A stretch of DNA of 38,192 nucleotides from Jimgerdemannia flammicorona (Eukaryota): positions 1-38,192 of the forward strand of contig RBNJ01000167.1 of NCBI GenBank assembly GCA_003990765.1. Direction: 5' to 3'. The translations under genes were made by a program, and so were the position numbers. Positions 1 through 10,600 of this stretch are shown here, piece by piece (within the stretch, counting starts at the first letter, position 1; every line of letters begins with the position of its first letter). The notes beneath the pieces are model-generated. The model did not search any database. It saw only the letters and a list, made by a program, of their open reading frames with translations, and had not been told where the DNA came from.

Positions 1-83
1 ATATATACATATTATTTCCCAATTACTTACTAAATTAGTTCCTAAATTCACAAATAAAATTACTTTCAAAATCATATATATAC

Positions 84-1709
84 CTGATTAAAATGTTCAC
101 CAGTTTGATATGTATCGATGACATCTTCGAGATGATCACATAGCCGATTAAATAGTGGGATAACAGCTGCTATTGTAGGATACTTCAAAGCTGACATCAC
201 AGTTGTCACTTTGGCAAAAGGCTCAAGAAATTGGCAAATCAATTCAAATTGTTGCCATGCATCTTCAGATATATCACTCATTTGCTTATCCATAGCACAC
301 AATATATCTAAGCCCTATTTGGATATAATATCAATTTATTTAGTACCAAAATACTTCTGAATTGTATTCCAAAATCTATACAAATAGATTCAAAATCTTA
401 CCTTATGAATCTCCAAAGCAGGTGCTAACATTTTATGTATAGAACTCCATCTTGTTGTAACATCTAAGAGAGGCTTCAAAATGGGAATTCCAGAGGATTC
501 ACAGACCTTTGCCAGTTGTGCTTGTCATTGCACTGAATTTTTGATCTTTTTTATCAACTCCTGTAGCTTTCCAATGGGCTCGCTAAGAGAACCAAGAGCA
601 TCATGAACGACAAGATTCAACACATGCCCGAAATAGTATATATGAGTAAGTGGATAATGGAGATTCTCAAACAGAGTATCATTGTTACTGGCATTGTCAC
701 ACACAACAGCAATGATTTGATTGTCACTAGGCAATAAATCATCTATTACCAGCTCCAGACTTTTCGCAAGATTGGCACCCATGTGTGTTATTTTGCTGAT
801 ATTCACAAAGTCTAAGATAATGTCATGTATCTTCCAATCACTGTCAATCCAATGGGCTGTTATTCCAAGGAAAACCTTGATGTTAATGTCCAATGTCCAA
901 CAATCAAGTGTAAGTGACACCTTTGACTTGAGCCCTGCTAGCCTTGCTTTCACTTGAGTCTGCAATAGTTCGAATTCCTTTCAAATAACTTGTGAAATTA
1001 TATCAGCCAATAGAAGGGCCAGATCAGGGTGTAATATGTGAAGGAGATACTTGAAGCCAGCATTTTCGATAGTGGAGAATGGCTGATATCCAGTGACAAT
1101 GAAGTTAGCAATTAACTGACAGAAATTTTCATCACTTAAAGTCTTACTAGTGTGTTCCTATTTGTAATAATAAAATTTGATCAATTATTTTTCTAATAAC
1201 CTCCTAAGTACTTCCTGAATTCCATTCTATCCATACTCACAATATCATCTTTCTTAGACCAGCGAGGATTCTCAGTATGCTGGAGAGGTAAGAGCATGGC
1301 ATTGTGATGCTTCCAGAGATGTCATTTAAGATTGTTGATATTGCTGTCCTTCAATATATAGCTCCAAGTCATGCAATGATTGCAACTAATGAGCTTACTT
1401 TGTAAATTCTATTTGAATAGAGAGATATGAGACTATATTAGAACCTCAACCACTTACAACCAACCACCCACCCTTACGACTGAGACCAATCACCCCTATG
1501 AATTCAACCATTAGCACAATATATAAAACTACCTTTGTGGCATGATTCCACACCCAGCTATTACCAGGTTTTGTTTTTATTTTTATTCTTGTACTTGTTG
1601 GTAATAACGAACTGATGGAGATATCTGATATATTCTCCAATATATCCTCTGATATATCATCCGACAGTTCCGAGATTTCTCCTAAATATACTTCTTGATC
1701 TTTAGACAT
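84..1709 (-). pseudogene. hAT (Ac-like) transposase with N-terminal BED zinc finger, spliced, inactivated
   Basis: Exons joined by GT-AG introns at 1409-1532, 1158-1240, 315-401 and a donor at 83. Motifs: WVWNH..CNHC..HLWKHH (BED finger), QPFSTIE, SLTLDCWT, VVCDNASNN, FGHVLNL, DVTTRWSS. At least three in-frame TGA codons. Continues off the window. Confidence 0.9.
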
Positions 1710-2032
1710 TTCGAATGTTTGATAATGGTAGGGACTGGGAGCTTGAGTGGGAGGCTGAGAGCTGGAAAGTGGCTAGGAAGTGGCGAGCTAGGGAGTGGCG
1801 AACTGGAAAATGAGTTGGGGGGGCAGTGAACTAGGGGGCAGGGAGTTGTGGAGAGGTGGCGAGTGGTGGGAAAAGCCAGGAACTGTGGGGGGCAGTGAGA
1901 GGGAGAGCAGTGAGGTGGCGTGCGATAGCCAATGATCGATTGTGGACAGAGGATAGATGAATAAATATGCATGGGTGGTGAACTGGTACCCATCACGCAA
2001 CTGCAAACAGCAAACAGCAAACATACTTTGGA

Positions 2033-2421
2033 GATTCAGCATATTCTGCATTGAGCAAGGTTTGCAATGATGTTTGAGCGAGTTTTGTAGTGCATTTGAG
2101 CGAGATTTGCAGCGAGGTTCAAGCAAGATTTGCAAGCAAGATTTGCAAGCGAGATTTGCACGTAAGATTAAATCGAGATTTGCATAAGCCAGGCTTTGCA
2201 AGCCTTGCACTTACAAGCCTGGACAAGCTCAGTCACAAGCTGATATGATGTGTATATAAGCTGATATCACATGATATCAGCTATCAGCTGAGCTTGCAAG
2301 CACAAGGCTTACAAATCTCACTCGAACCTCACTGCAAATCTCGCTCAAACATACCACAAATCTCGCTCAAATGTCATTGCAAACCTTGCTCAATTGGGGC
2401 TTACGCAGAACCTGCTGAATC
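2033..2421. repeat. Imperfect inverted repeat (hairpin 1), ~105 bp arms
   Basis: 2033-2137 (GATTCAGC..TTGAGCAAGGTTTGCAATGA..GAGATTTGCAG) matches the reverse complement of ~2307-2421. The centre contains the palindrome AGCTGATATCAcaTGATATCAGCT. Confidence 0.85.
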
Positions 2422-2425
2422 ATGC

Positions 2426-2633
2426 AGAGAGGAGTGGAATGCAGTGAGGAAAGCTTCAGATTGTAAGCATAAGCATAAGCGTAAGCTTTGCTCCACTCAG
2501 TCTGACAAGCTGATAATAAGCTGATATCATGTAATATCAGCTATCAGCTGAGTGGAGCAAAGCTTGCACTTGCACTTATGCTTACGCTTATACTTGTAAT
2601 CTAGAGCTTTCCTCACTGCATTCCACTCCTCTT
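2426..2633. repeat. Imperfect inverted repeat (hairpin 2), ~75 bp arms
   Basis: AGAGGAGTGGAATGCAGTGAGGAAAGCT..GCTTTGCTCCACTCAG pairs with CTGAGTGGAGCAAAGC..AGCTTTCCTCACTGCATTCCACTCCTCT. Confidence 0.85.
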
Positions 2634-2756
2634 ACATTCCACTCCTCTTGCGTTCCACTCCTCTTGCACAACCCTTACGTATTCCTCCACCTCCCTCACC
2701 CTCATTCTTCAGATTGCAAATAACATGTAATTTAGAAATGGGTTTTGAAAGTGATT

Positions 2757-2846
2757 TCAAAGAGATTCCGAAAGAGATTTTGAAGAGATTTGGAAAGAGC
2801 TTCTGAAAGAGATTTCGGAGAGATTCCGAAAGAGCTTCTGAAAGAT
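2757..2846 (+). repeat. ~12 bp tandem repeat (GAAAGAGATTCC-like), about 7 copies
   Basis: Repeated gaaagagatt/gaaagagctt units read directly. Confidence 0.75.
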
Positions 2847-2904
2847 GTTATAGCTTTTGAACATTTAAGATATTGAAAGCTTACTTTCGCCTCTCATTCT
2901 TTTT

Positions 2905-3046
2905 GCCTTGTCCTTCACTTCGCCTCATCCTTCGCTTCACCTCGTCCTTCACTTCATCTCATCCTTTGCTTCACCTTGTCCTTCACTTTGCCTCATCCTT
3001 CGCTTTGCCTCATCCTTCACTTCGCCTCGTCCTTTGCTTTGCCTCA
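2905..3046 (+). repeat. 17 bp tandem repeat (TCCTTCGCTTCGCCTCG-like), about 8 copies
   Basis: Units read directly; variation is mostly at CpG positions. Confidence 0.8.
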
Positions 3047-3060
3047 CTTAATTCACCGCT

Positions 3061-4462
3061 ATGTTAAGAAAATGTGGATATGACTGCCCGGCCAATAAGT
3101 ATTTACTTGGCCCCTCCCAAGCTCGATGCACTTCAGCTTGCCGTCCCAAAGCTCGGTGCCCTAAAGATGCCCAGCTTGCCAACATCCAGTCTGCCGAGCT
3201 TGCCAACATCCAGCCTGCTGAGCTTGCTGACACCCAGCCTACCGAGCTTGCTGACACCCAGGTTGCTGAGATCGCCGACTCCCAGCTCGCTGACCCTCAG
3301 CTCTCTGATCTCCAGCTTGACTGCCAGCTTGCCGCCAGTCCGCAAGCACAAGGTCCCCCACCAGATCTCAATAACACAGCTCGAAAAAGTTAGTTTTTTT
3401 TTTTTTTTTCTTTTTAAATCAATGTCTGAATTTTTTTCCTAATAACATTCGAAATATACATATCCTCTAGCTTCTAAGCCTGGGCTGGAGTGCAAATCTT
3501 ACTACAATTGCCATTTTTGCCATCAAGTTTGCTCAAACACCACTTGGAAGCATTGCCAAATCAATTTCCCAGATGCCCCAAACCTCACAAAGAAAAGGCC
3601 TTACAAATCAGACATTAGGCATGCTTTCACTGCGGCCAACAAATGCATTAAGAAAGTACATGACGACCAACTGAGGCAAGAAGTCATAAGAGTGATAGAA
3701 AACCATGCGAAAATCATGAAACGTTCATCATACCACATCGGCTTCAAGGTGAATGCCAAAGCATGGAACAAGTGAGGTTGTCCAGATGGAATTGTCGTCA
3801 TGGATGAATACGAAAAACTGCTGGCCATATTTGAATGAGTACTGGTGAAGAATGACAAAATGCTTTATATGCAACTGATGGATGGCAGGCTTGTGCATTT
3901 TGTTGAGGGGGGTAGTGGTGGAGGAGATGGAGAGGTGGGAGAGGTCGGTGCCGGTAGAGGAGTCAGCACTGGTAGAGAGGTCGGTGGAGAGGTCGGTACA
4001 GGGGTGGTTGGTGTGGGGGAGGTCGGCACATGGGAGGTCAGTGTGGGGGAGGTTGGCATGGGGGAGGTTGGCGTGGGAGAGGTCAGCATGGAGGAGGTCG
4101 GCACAGAGGAATATGGGGAGGTCAGTGTGGGGGAGGTTGGCGTGGAGGAATATGGAGAGGTTGGCATGGGGGAGGTCAGTGCAGAGGAATATGGGGAGGT
4201 CGGCACAGAGGAACACAGGGAGGTCGGCACGGAGGAACATGGGGAGGTCGGTGCAGAGGAACACGGGGAGGTTGGTGCAGAGGACGAAATGGAGGTTGGT
4301 ATGGAGGAGGTCGGCCCAGAGGAGGATATGGAGAAGGAGGATATAGAGGAAAGCAGTTTGGAATATATGGAGGAAGATGGTTCGGAATATGAGAAGGAGG
4401 AGGATCAGTTGGTTTATAGTGATGAAGAGGAGGATCAGTTGGTTTATAGCGATGAAGAGTAA
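3061..4462 (+). pseudogene. Two-exon gene of unknown function (Cys-rich segments, 8-aa AELADTQP repeats, Glu/Gly/Val-rich acidic C-terminus)
   Basis: ATG at 3061, intron GTTAGT(3389)..CTCTAG(3470). The spliced frame TSKPGLECKSYYNCHFCHQVC.. continues in phase into ORF 3845-4462, interrupted only by two TGA codons. Confidence 0.65.
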
Positions 4463-4709
4463 GATCTGTTCACACCAGTAAGTTCTTTATTTTCCTGATT
4501 TACTTCCTATTTATTTCTGATTTCATTTTGATTTCTGATTCCTAATTATGTTTCTGTTTGTTTATTCTAAATATATATCTTAGATGTGCAATATATTTTT
4601 TTTGGTGCCTTGTAGCTTAAAGGCAGATAAAAGATGGGTCTGTATCAGATTAAATATGGGTCAGGGTTGGGTCACATATATTTCTCGGGTCAGGTCACAT
4701 ATATTTCTT

Positions 4710-4953
4710 AGGTTGGGTTAAAGATGGGTTACATATAATTCCGGGTCGGGTTAAAGATGGGTGATGTACATTTCCAGGTCAGGTTAAAGATGGGTGATGT
4801 ATAATTCCAGGTTGGGTTAAAGATAAGTGATGTATTATTCCAGGTTGGGTTAAAGATGGGTGACATATTATTCTGGGTTGGATTAAAGACAGGTGATGTA
4901 TAATTCCGGGTTGGGTTAAAGACAGGTGATGTATAATTCCGGGTTGGGTTAAA
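4710..4953 (+). repeat. 33 bp tandem array (GGGTCGGGTTAAAGATGGGTGATGTATAATTCC), ~7.5 copies; probable subterminal repeats
   Basis: Head-to-tail units without spacers, ending ~35 bp from the putative hAT terminus. Confidence 0.85.
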
Positions 4954-5465
4954 TATGTACACGGGTCAGCTCGGGTTGTGATATACTATCTTCGGTACAA
5001 CAAACCCAAGCAGTTGCTACAGCTGATGGAATCTCATATATCATCAGCAAGGAAGTCTGCAATCTACTCTTCTGAATTGATGACTATCAAGTACATGTTA
5101 CCCTCCAGATTGTACCACTTCCAGACAATGAAATCATCCTTGGAACTCTATGGTTGAAACAAGAGAACCCTATGATAGATTGGGTAAACCATTCTCTGAC
5201 CATTAAGAAAGGACACCACAACTTCAAACTGTAAGGTGAAAAGGACCCACTCAGTTCTAGTAACCATGGACCAAAGATCACCCACATCAATAAGCTACAA
5301 CTCAAAAAATTGGCCAAGAAATGTCCTCTCTTTGCCATCTCCATCCACCCCTCCAAAGGAGAACCTGAGAACTCTGAAGAAGACTTTTCCAAAGTTGACA
5401 GCCACATCAGACCACTACTCCAGAAATTCTGAGATATATTCCCAAAGAAACTTCCGAAAGGTCTA

Positions 5466-7200
5466 TGTAAGAGAGTTACTTTTTAGGGTAACCATTACAT
5501 AGTTCTGGAAAGGTTTTCTGGATATTCTGGATGTTCTGGAAGACCGTTTTCTTAAGGTCAAGATCAATTTCATATAGAGTACGTCCTCTATGCTTATTGA
5601 TTTCAAGATCAGATTGATGTCTCAACCAAAGTTCTTTTTTTTGGACTAGTTCTGGATGTTCAGGATTTTCCATATTTCAGGAAGTTCAAGAGACTAAGAC
5701 CAGCTTAGTTGAATTGGCGTATCGCTGCAGACAATACCCAATTAGGAAATTTCGTGATGGGGTTAGGAATGGGACCTAACAGGGGGTAGATTTACTTAAG
5801 AGTGGTTGTGGGTTATGGAATAGGTTTATTTGCTATTCATGATATTGCTATGCTAGGAGTAGTTGTGTAAAGGGATATTGTGGGGAAGTATTCAGGAATG
5901 TTCTTGTGTGTTCGAGTCTGAGATTCTGAGATCTGGGGGAGGGGGTATTTATACTAGTGAGGGGCTATCTGGACTATGCTAGATATGGATGTAGCACTAA
6001 GTGCCTTGCTGAGTTGGAATGCAGTCATGTAGTACAAGTGTAATCTGACATGTCAAGAGATCGTCTGACTGCTGAGTCAGTTCACAGTCATGTTGTACAA
6101 TGCTAATCTAACTATACTATGACTGTTAGGCTATTTATGGGTTTAGGCACTGTCTGGGTAGTCTTCGATGACATCACCATCAATTGCATTATCTCTGATG
6201 AAGTAGTTGTCTAAGAAGAGTGGTTCGCGGATTACTTCTCCTTGTTCACTGAGGTAATAGTACATTGGAACTTCATCTCCATCCCACAGGATAGCATCAT
6301 CTGTCTTGTAGGCTGGATAAGGTATTGGTGGATGAAGGATGGGTGTATTGTCTTCACTTTCGTCAGATTCACTGTCTGCATACCTTCTATAGGTTACAGC
6401 ACTATGAGTTGCAGGATTGTAGTAAGCTGGCGGCTGTGGTTCATGTCGCTCGTACTCAGGTGGTGGAGTGATTGGTTCAATCTTGAGGGTTGTCTGGAGG
6501 TACAGGTTGTGTTCTCCGGTCTCTTCATTATAGTTGAAGTAGTTGGGGGTAAATGCAGGTTGGTATTCATGCCAGTGGTCATTGTCCCAATAAGTCTCGT
6601 ATGTAGTTATAAACTGTTGTAAGTTCATTAGCAAGGTCGGCAGAGTGATCAGAGTTGGCAGAGATCCTTGGCTAGAGGTCATGTTGGCATCAGAGGGATC
6701 ATTGTCTTCTGCTTTGTCTTCATCAAAGTAGATTATATCGTAGATGTCCTTCATGGCATATCCAACTTGGGGCATTTGCAGGATTTGATCATTGGGGTGT
6801 GGGAAGGTTCTGTCTGTGGTTTTGACGTACTCGAGGTACTTGTGGTTGAGTTCTTGTATCATGTTGTCGATTTGGCCATAGGACAGGGTAGCAACCATTT
6901 CGGCTGTGGTAACTCGGAGGCAGGGAATAAAGGTGCTATACTCATAGAAGAGTTCTCGATGTTTGCAGGCGATGAGCTTCTGGTGTTGAGACATCTGAGT
7001 AATGTCTGTATCATGGTAGTGTTCGACCATATCTTCCAGGAGGCAGCTGATCTGGTAGTGGCTTGAGATTTGTCTGATTTGGTGGGCCTCACTAAGCATG
7101 TTCAGAGCATTCCATCGGGCTTCCACAAAGTAGAGTGGTGCCAGGATAAGGGGCAGAGGGTGACATATAATTTCAGTGGCTTGGAGGTTGTGCACTTACA
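5466..7200 (-). repeat. 3' LTR of copy A (1735 bp, U3 deletion variant)
   Basis: Direct repeat of 13666-15411; abuts the PPT. Confidence 0.95.
6143..7195 (-). CDS. LTR-encoded protein of unknown function; only stop-free copy, native N-terminus deleted
   Basis: 350-codon open frame inside the LTR, homologous to disrupted frames in all other LTRs. The GTG start is created by the U3 deletion; the first in-frame AUG is internal (MLSEAH). Confidence 0.6.
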   Translation of the reverse strand: MHNLQATEIICHPLPLILAPLYFVEARWNALNMLSEAHQIRQISSHYQISCLLEDMVEHYHDTDITQMSQHQKLIACKHRELFYEYSTFIPCLRVTTAEMVATLSYGQIDNMIQELNHKYLEYVKTTDRTFPHPNDQILQMPQVGYAMKDIYDIIYFDEDKAEDNDPSDANMTSSQGSLPTLITLPTLLMNLQQFITTYETYWDNDHWHEYQPAFTPNYFNYNEETGEHNLYLQTTLKIEPITPPPEYERHEPQPPAYYNPATHSAVTYRRYADSESDESEDNTPILHPPIPYPAYKTDDAILWDGDEVPMYYYLSEQGEVIREPLFLDNYFIRDNAIDGDVIEDYPDSA

Positions 7201-7220
7201 ACTCTCCCCTTCTTAGCTTT
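7201..7220 (-). other. Polypurine tract of copy A
   Basis: AAAGCTAAGAAGGGGAGAGT directly before the 3' LTR; same tract at 20764-20783, 27369-27388 and 37661-37680. Confidence 0.9.
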
Positions 7221-7625
7221 CAATGTCCTTGTTGGGGCCTTCTACTTTATTCTAGTGTTGTTACACTATTTGGGAGGTCAAAAGTCTGGTAAGGTCCATT
7301 TTCTCAGAAAGTAGCATGCTCATAGTACAGTTGCCTAACACATTGGATTCACATATTAAAGGGTTGTGTGTTCAATGCTGTATGCCAGAAGTGATTCTGA
7401 CATCATTCACTGCTAGAGAATTTCCTCTAAGGAATCTTCTTAAATGTCTATGCCTTGTTTTCCACCAGTGGTATAGGGAGAATAGGCTTGCTTTCAGTTT
7501 TGCTATTTTTCCAGAGATTCAGTATTCTTGTCTTGTTTTGCTGAGTTCTTGGTTTGGTTCACAATAATTATAATATTCAGGAGGATAATATATAGTATGT
7601 ACAGATAGGTGCAGAATATTTGGTT

Positions 7626-10600
7626 CTAGTTGTTCAAGGAATCATATTCCTGAACTAGGTCGGTAGCATTCTGGAGATTGGTCTTGGGTTCCCAGGTTGC
7701 ATCATGGATCGGGTAACCTTTCCATTTGACAAGATACTCAGGGTGGCTCTTGTTGCTACATTTGTTGAGGATTTGTTCAACTTCGTACTCTTCTTAGTCA
7801 TTAATGATGACAGGTGCAGGTGGTTTGGTGGTCCGATTTGGAAATAGCTCATCATCACTATCATTGTATCACTTGAGACATTGAACATTAAAGACTGGGT
7901 GAATCTTAATGGTATCCAGTAGTGCCAGTTTGTAGGAGGTTGGAGAGACTTGTGCAATGACTTCAAATGGTCCAATGAACTTACTGTTCAGCTTAGTAGA
8001 TGGTCTGTGCTTGAGGTTGTCAACTCGGTATCCTCTGATGTCTAGTAGGACTTTTTCTCCAATATCAAAAGTTTCTTCTCGGCAGTGTTGGTTAACATAC
8101 TGTGATTGTTGTTCTTGAGCTCGTGATAGATTCTTAATGGCAATCTGGCTTAAATTGCGCATTCGGAGTAAGAATTCTTTAACAGCTTCAACTGTGGAGG
8201 GCTCTTCAGTGGTTCAGATAAGTGTCAACAGGGTGTTTGGATTTTGTCTAGTATTGGTGAAGAATGGGGTCATTCCAAGAGAGGCTTGCTTGCTATTGTT
8301 GTAGGCAAACTCAACTGTAGTAAGGTGTTCATGCCAGTCATCTTATCTGTAGGAAACATAGTTCCTTAGCATTTGTTCTAGAGTTCAGTTCATTCTTTCA
8401 GTTTGGCCATCAGTTTCTGGGTGAAAGGCTGTGGATAGTGCAAGTTTTATTCCAAGGTGTACATGGAGGGCTTTCCAAAAATGGCTAGTGAATTTCAGAT
8501 CTCAGTCACTAACAATGATCTCAGAAAGACCATGATAGCAGAAGATGTTGTCAAACAAGAGTGTGGCTATGTCTGGTGCTGTTGCAGTAGTGGTAGTAGG
8601 CACAAAGTGGGCTTATTTGCTGAGGTAGTCCACAAAGACAACAATTGCATCTTTTCCGTTCTTGATTCAGGGTAGTTGTACAATGAAGTCTATAGAGATT
8701 TGTTCCCAATTTGCAGATGGTACTGGAATAGGGTAGAGTAAGCTGAGTTTTGCTAGTGTTGAGGACTTGTTTCATTGGCAGGCATCACAGGAAGTGATAT
8801 AGGTTTTGAGCTGATCTGCCATGTGGGGCCAATAGAAGTTTCGGGAGATAACTTTGTAAAATTTATCAAATCCTAAATGTCCAGCTATAGGGGCATCATG
8901 ACATTCAAATAGGATAGTCCTTCGGAGGTCTCGGTTGTTTGGAACATACAGTCTGTCCTTGTAGTAGATAGCATTGTCCTTGAGTTGGTATTGATTGTAC
9001 CAGATATGCTTGTCAGCATCATCATTGTTCAGGATTTCTCGAAGTACTTGAGCTTCTTTATCATCAATACATGCTGCGATGATTTGTTCCATGATAGTGT
9101 TGGTAACCAAGGTCAGAGTTTGGATAACCTCTTCGATTAGTGGTCTGGAGATTGCATTGGCAACAATATTTTCCTTGCCAGGGTGGTACTGAATTTTGTA
9201 GTCAAAGTTGGTGAGGACTTTCATCTATCTGGCTTGCTTTCGAGAAAGAGTAGCCTGTGTCTTGATATTGACTAATGACTTGTGGTCAGTCAATACAGTG
9301 AAGTATACTCCTTCTAGATATGGTCACCATTTGATCAGAGTGTCTACAATGGCTAGCATTTCCTTCTTGTGAGTTTCGTAGTTGATTTCGGCATCATTGA
9401 ACTTGTGGGAGTGATAGGCCACAGGGTGTCCTTCTTGCATGAGTACTGCTCCAAGAGCTAGGTCAGAGGCATCAGTAGTGACTTCATATAGTAGGGCAGG
9501 ATTTGCTGCTTGAAGTACTGGAGTGGTTATCAAGGCATCCTTCAGTGCTTGAAAGGCGGTATCTTGCTCATGTCCCCAATTTACAAGATTGTTGAAGTCT
9601 TTCTCTTGTTTCATGGTCCAAGGTTGTTCTTGTTTCTTGCTGTGCTTGGTCATTTGGGTGAGGGTGGTAGCGATTTTAGCAAAGTTGGCAATGAATTACT
9701 TATAATAGTTTGCTAATCCCAGGAATGACTAGAGGTCTTTTAGCTTCTTGGGTCTGGGCCAATCCTTGATTGCAGAGATTTTGCTGGGGTCTACTTTGAT
9801 TCCATTTGGAGTGACAATGTGTCCAAGGAATTGAATTTCTTTCAGGAGAAATTCGCACTTGCTGAGTTTTACAAAGAGTCGGTTTTCTCAGAGTTTCAGT
9901 AGTACTAGTTCAAGGTGTTCAAGATATTCCTCCAGGGTTTTGCTGAAGACTAGGATGTCATCAATATAGACAATAACGAATTTGTCCAGGTATGGATACG
10001 GAATGATATTCATCAGTATCTAGAAGGTTGCTGGAGCATTAGTTAAGCCAAAGGGCATAACTAGGAACTCGAAGTGTCCATAGCGAGTTTGGAAAGCTGT
10101 CTTGTAGATGTCTTCTTCTTTCATGGCAATTTGCCAGTAACTATTTCACAGGTCAAAAGAGCTCATGAATTGTGGGTTGGTGAGCCTATCGAATATTTCA
10201 TCAATCCTTGGTAGTGGGCAACAGTTTTTGATGGTCTGTTCATTGAGATCGTAGTAGTCAATACACATTCGCAGGTCTCCTCCTTTTTTGACAATGAAGA
10301 GGACTGGTGTACCATAGGGTGATACACTGGGTCTGATGAATCCTTGTTCCAGCAGTTCATCGATTTCCTTCTTGAGTGCATCAATTTCTCTTGGAGACAT
10401 ATGGTAGATTGACTTGAAGGCTGGTTTGGCATCTGGGATAGTCTTGATTGTATGGTCTACTGCTCGTTTGGAAGGTAGGCCTTTCGGGAGCTTCTTTGGA
10501 AATATGTCTCAGAATTTCTGAAGTAGTGATCTGACATGGTTGTCAACTTTGGAAAAATCTTCTTCAGAGTTCTCAGGTTCTCCTTTGGATGGTCGGATGG

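Larger units (their letters stand above)
1..4988 (-). mobile_element. Putative hAT DNA transposon, 5' end at 4988, other end outside the window
   Basis: Contains the hAT transposase remnant. The minus strand from 4988 reads TAGTATATCACAACCCG (TAG start as in many hAT TIRs) and is followed by a subterminal ACCC-motif array. Retrotransposon protease homology starts abruptly at 4989. The second TIR and TSD are not visible, so the extent is inferred. Confidence 0.55.

Noticed and set aside
1682..2524. ORFs 1682-2020, 1788-2210 and 2294-2524
   Set aside because: They arise from purine-rich and inverted-repeat sequence; the similarity between two of them just reflects the hairpin arms.
3728..4392. 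Overlapping ORFs 3728-4264, 3865-4230, 3882-4346 and 4030-4392 as separate genes
   Set aside because: They are alternative frames of a low-complexity 15/24 bp repeat; only the acidic frame connects to the upstream exons.
4710..4953. 33 bp array as CRISPR or telomeric repeat
   Set aside because: No unique spacers, no cas genes and a eukaryotic context. GGGTTA occurs only once per unit, not as tandem TTAGGG.
6242..7066. Antisense hydrophobic ORFs (6242-6622, 6668-7066, 14867-15265 and similar)
   Set aside because: They are shadows of the sense LTR ORF, with inconsistent starts and stops between copies.
6143..7195. LTR ORF as an env gene
   Set aside because: No signal peptide, basic cleavage site or hydrophobic TM segment is visible, and it lies within the LTR rather than between pol and the PPT.
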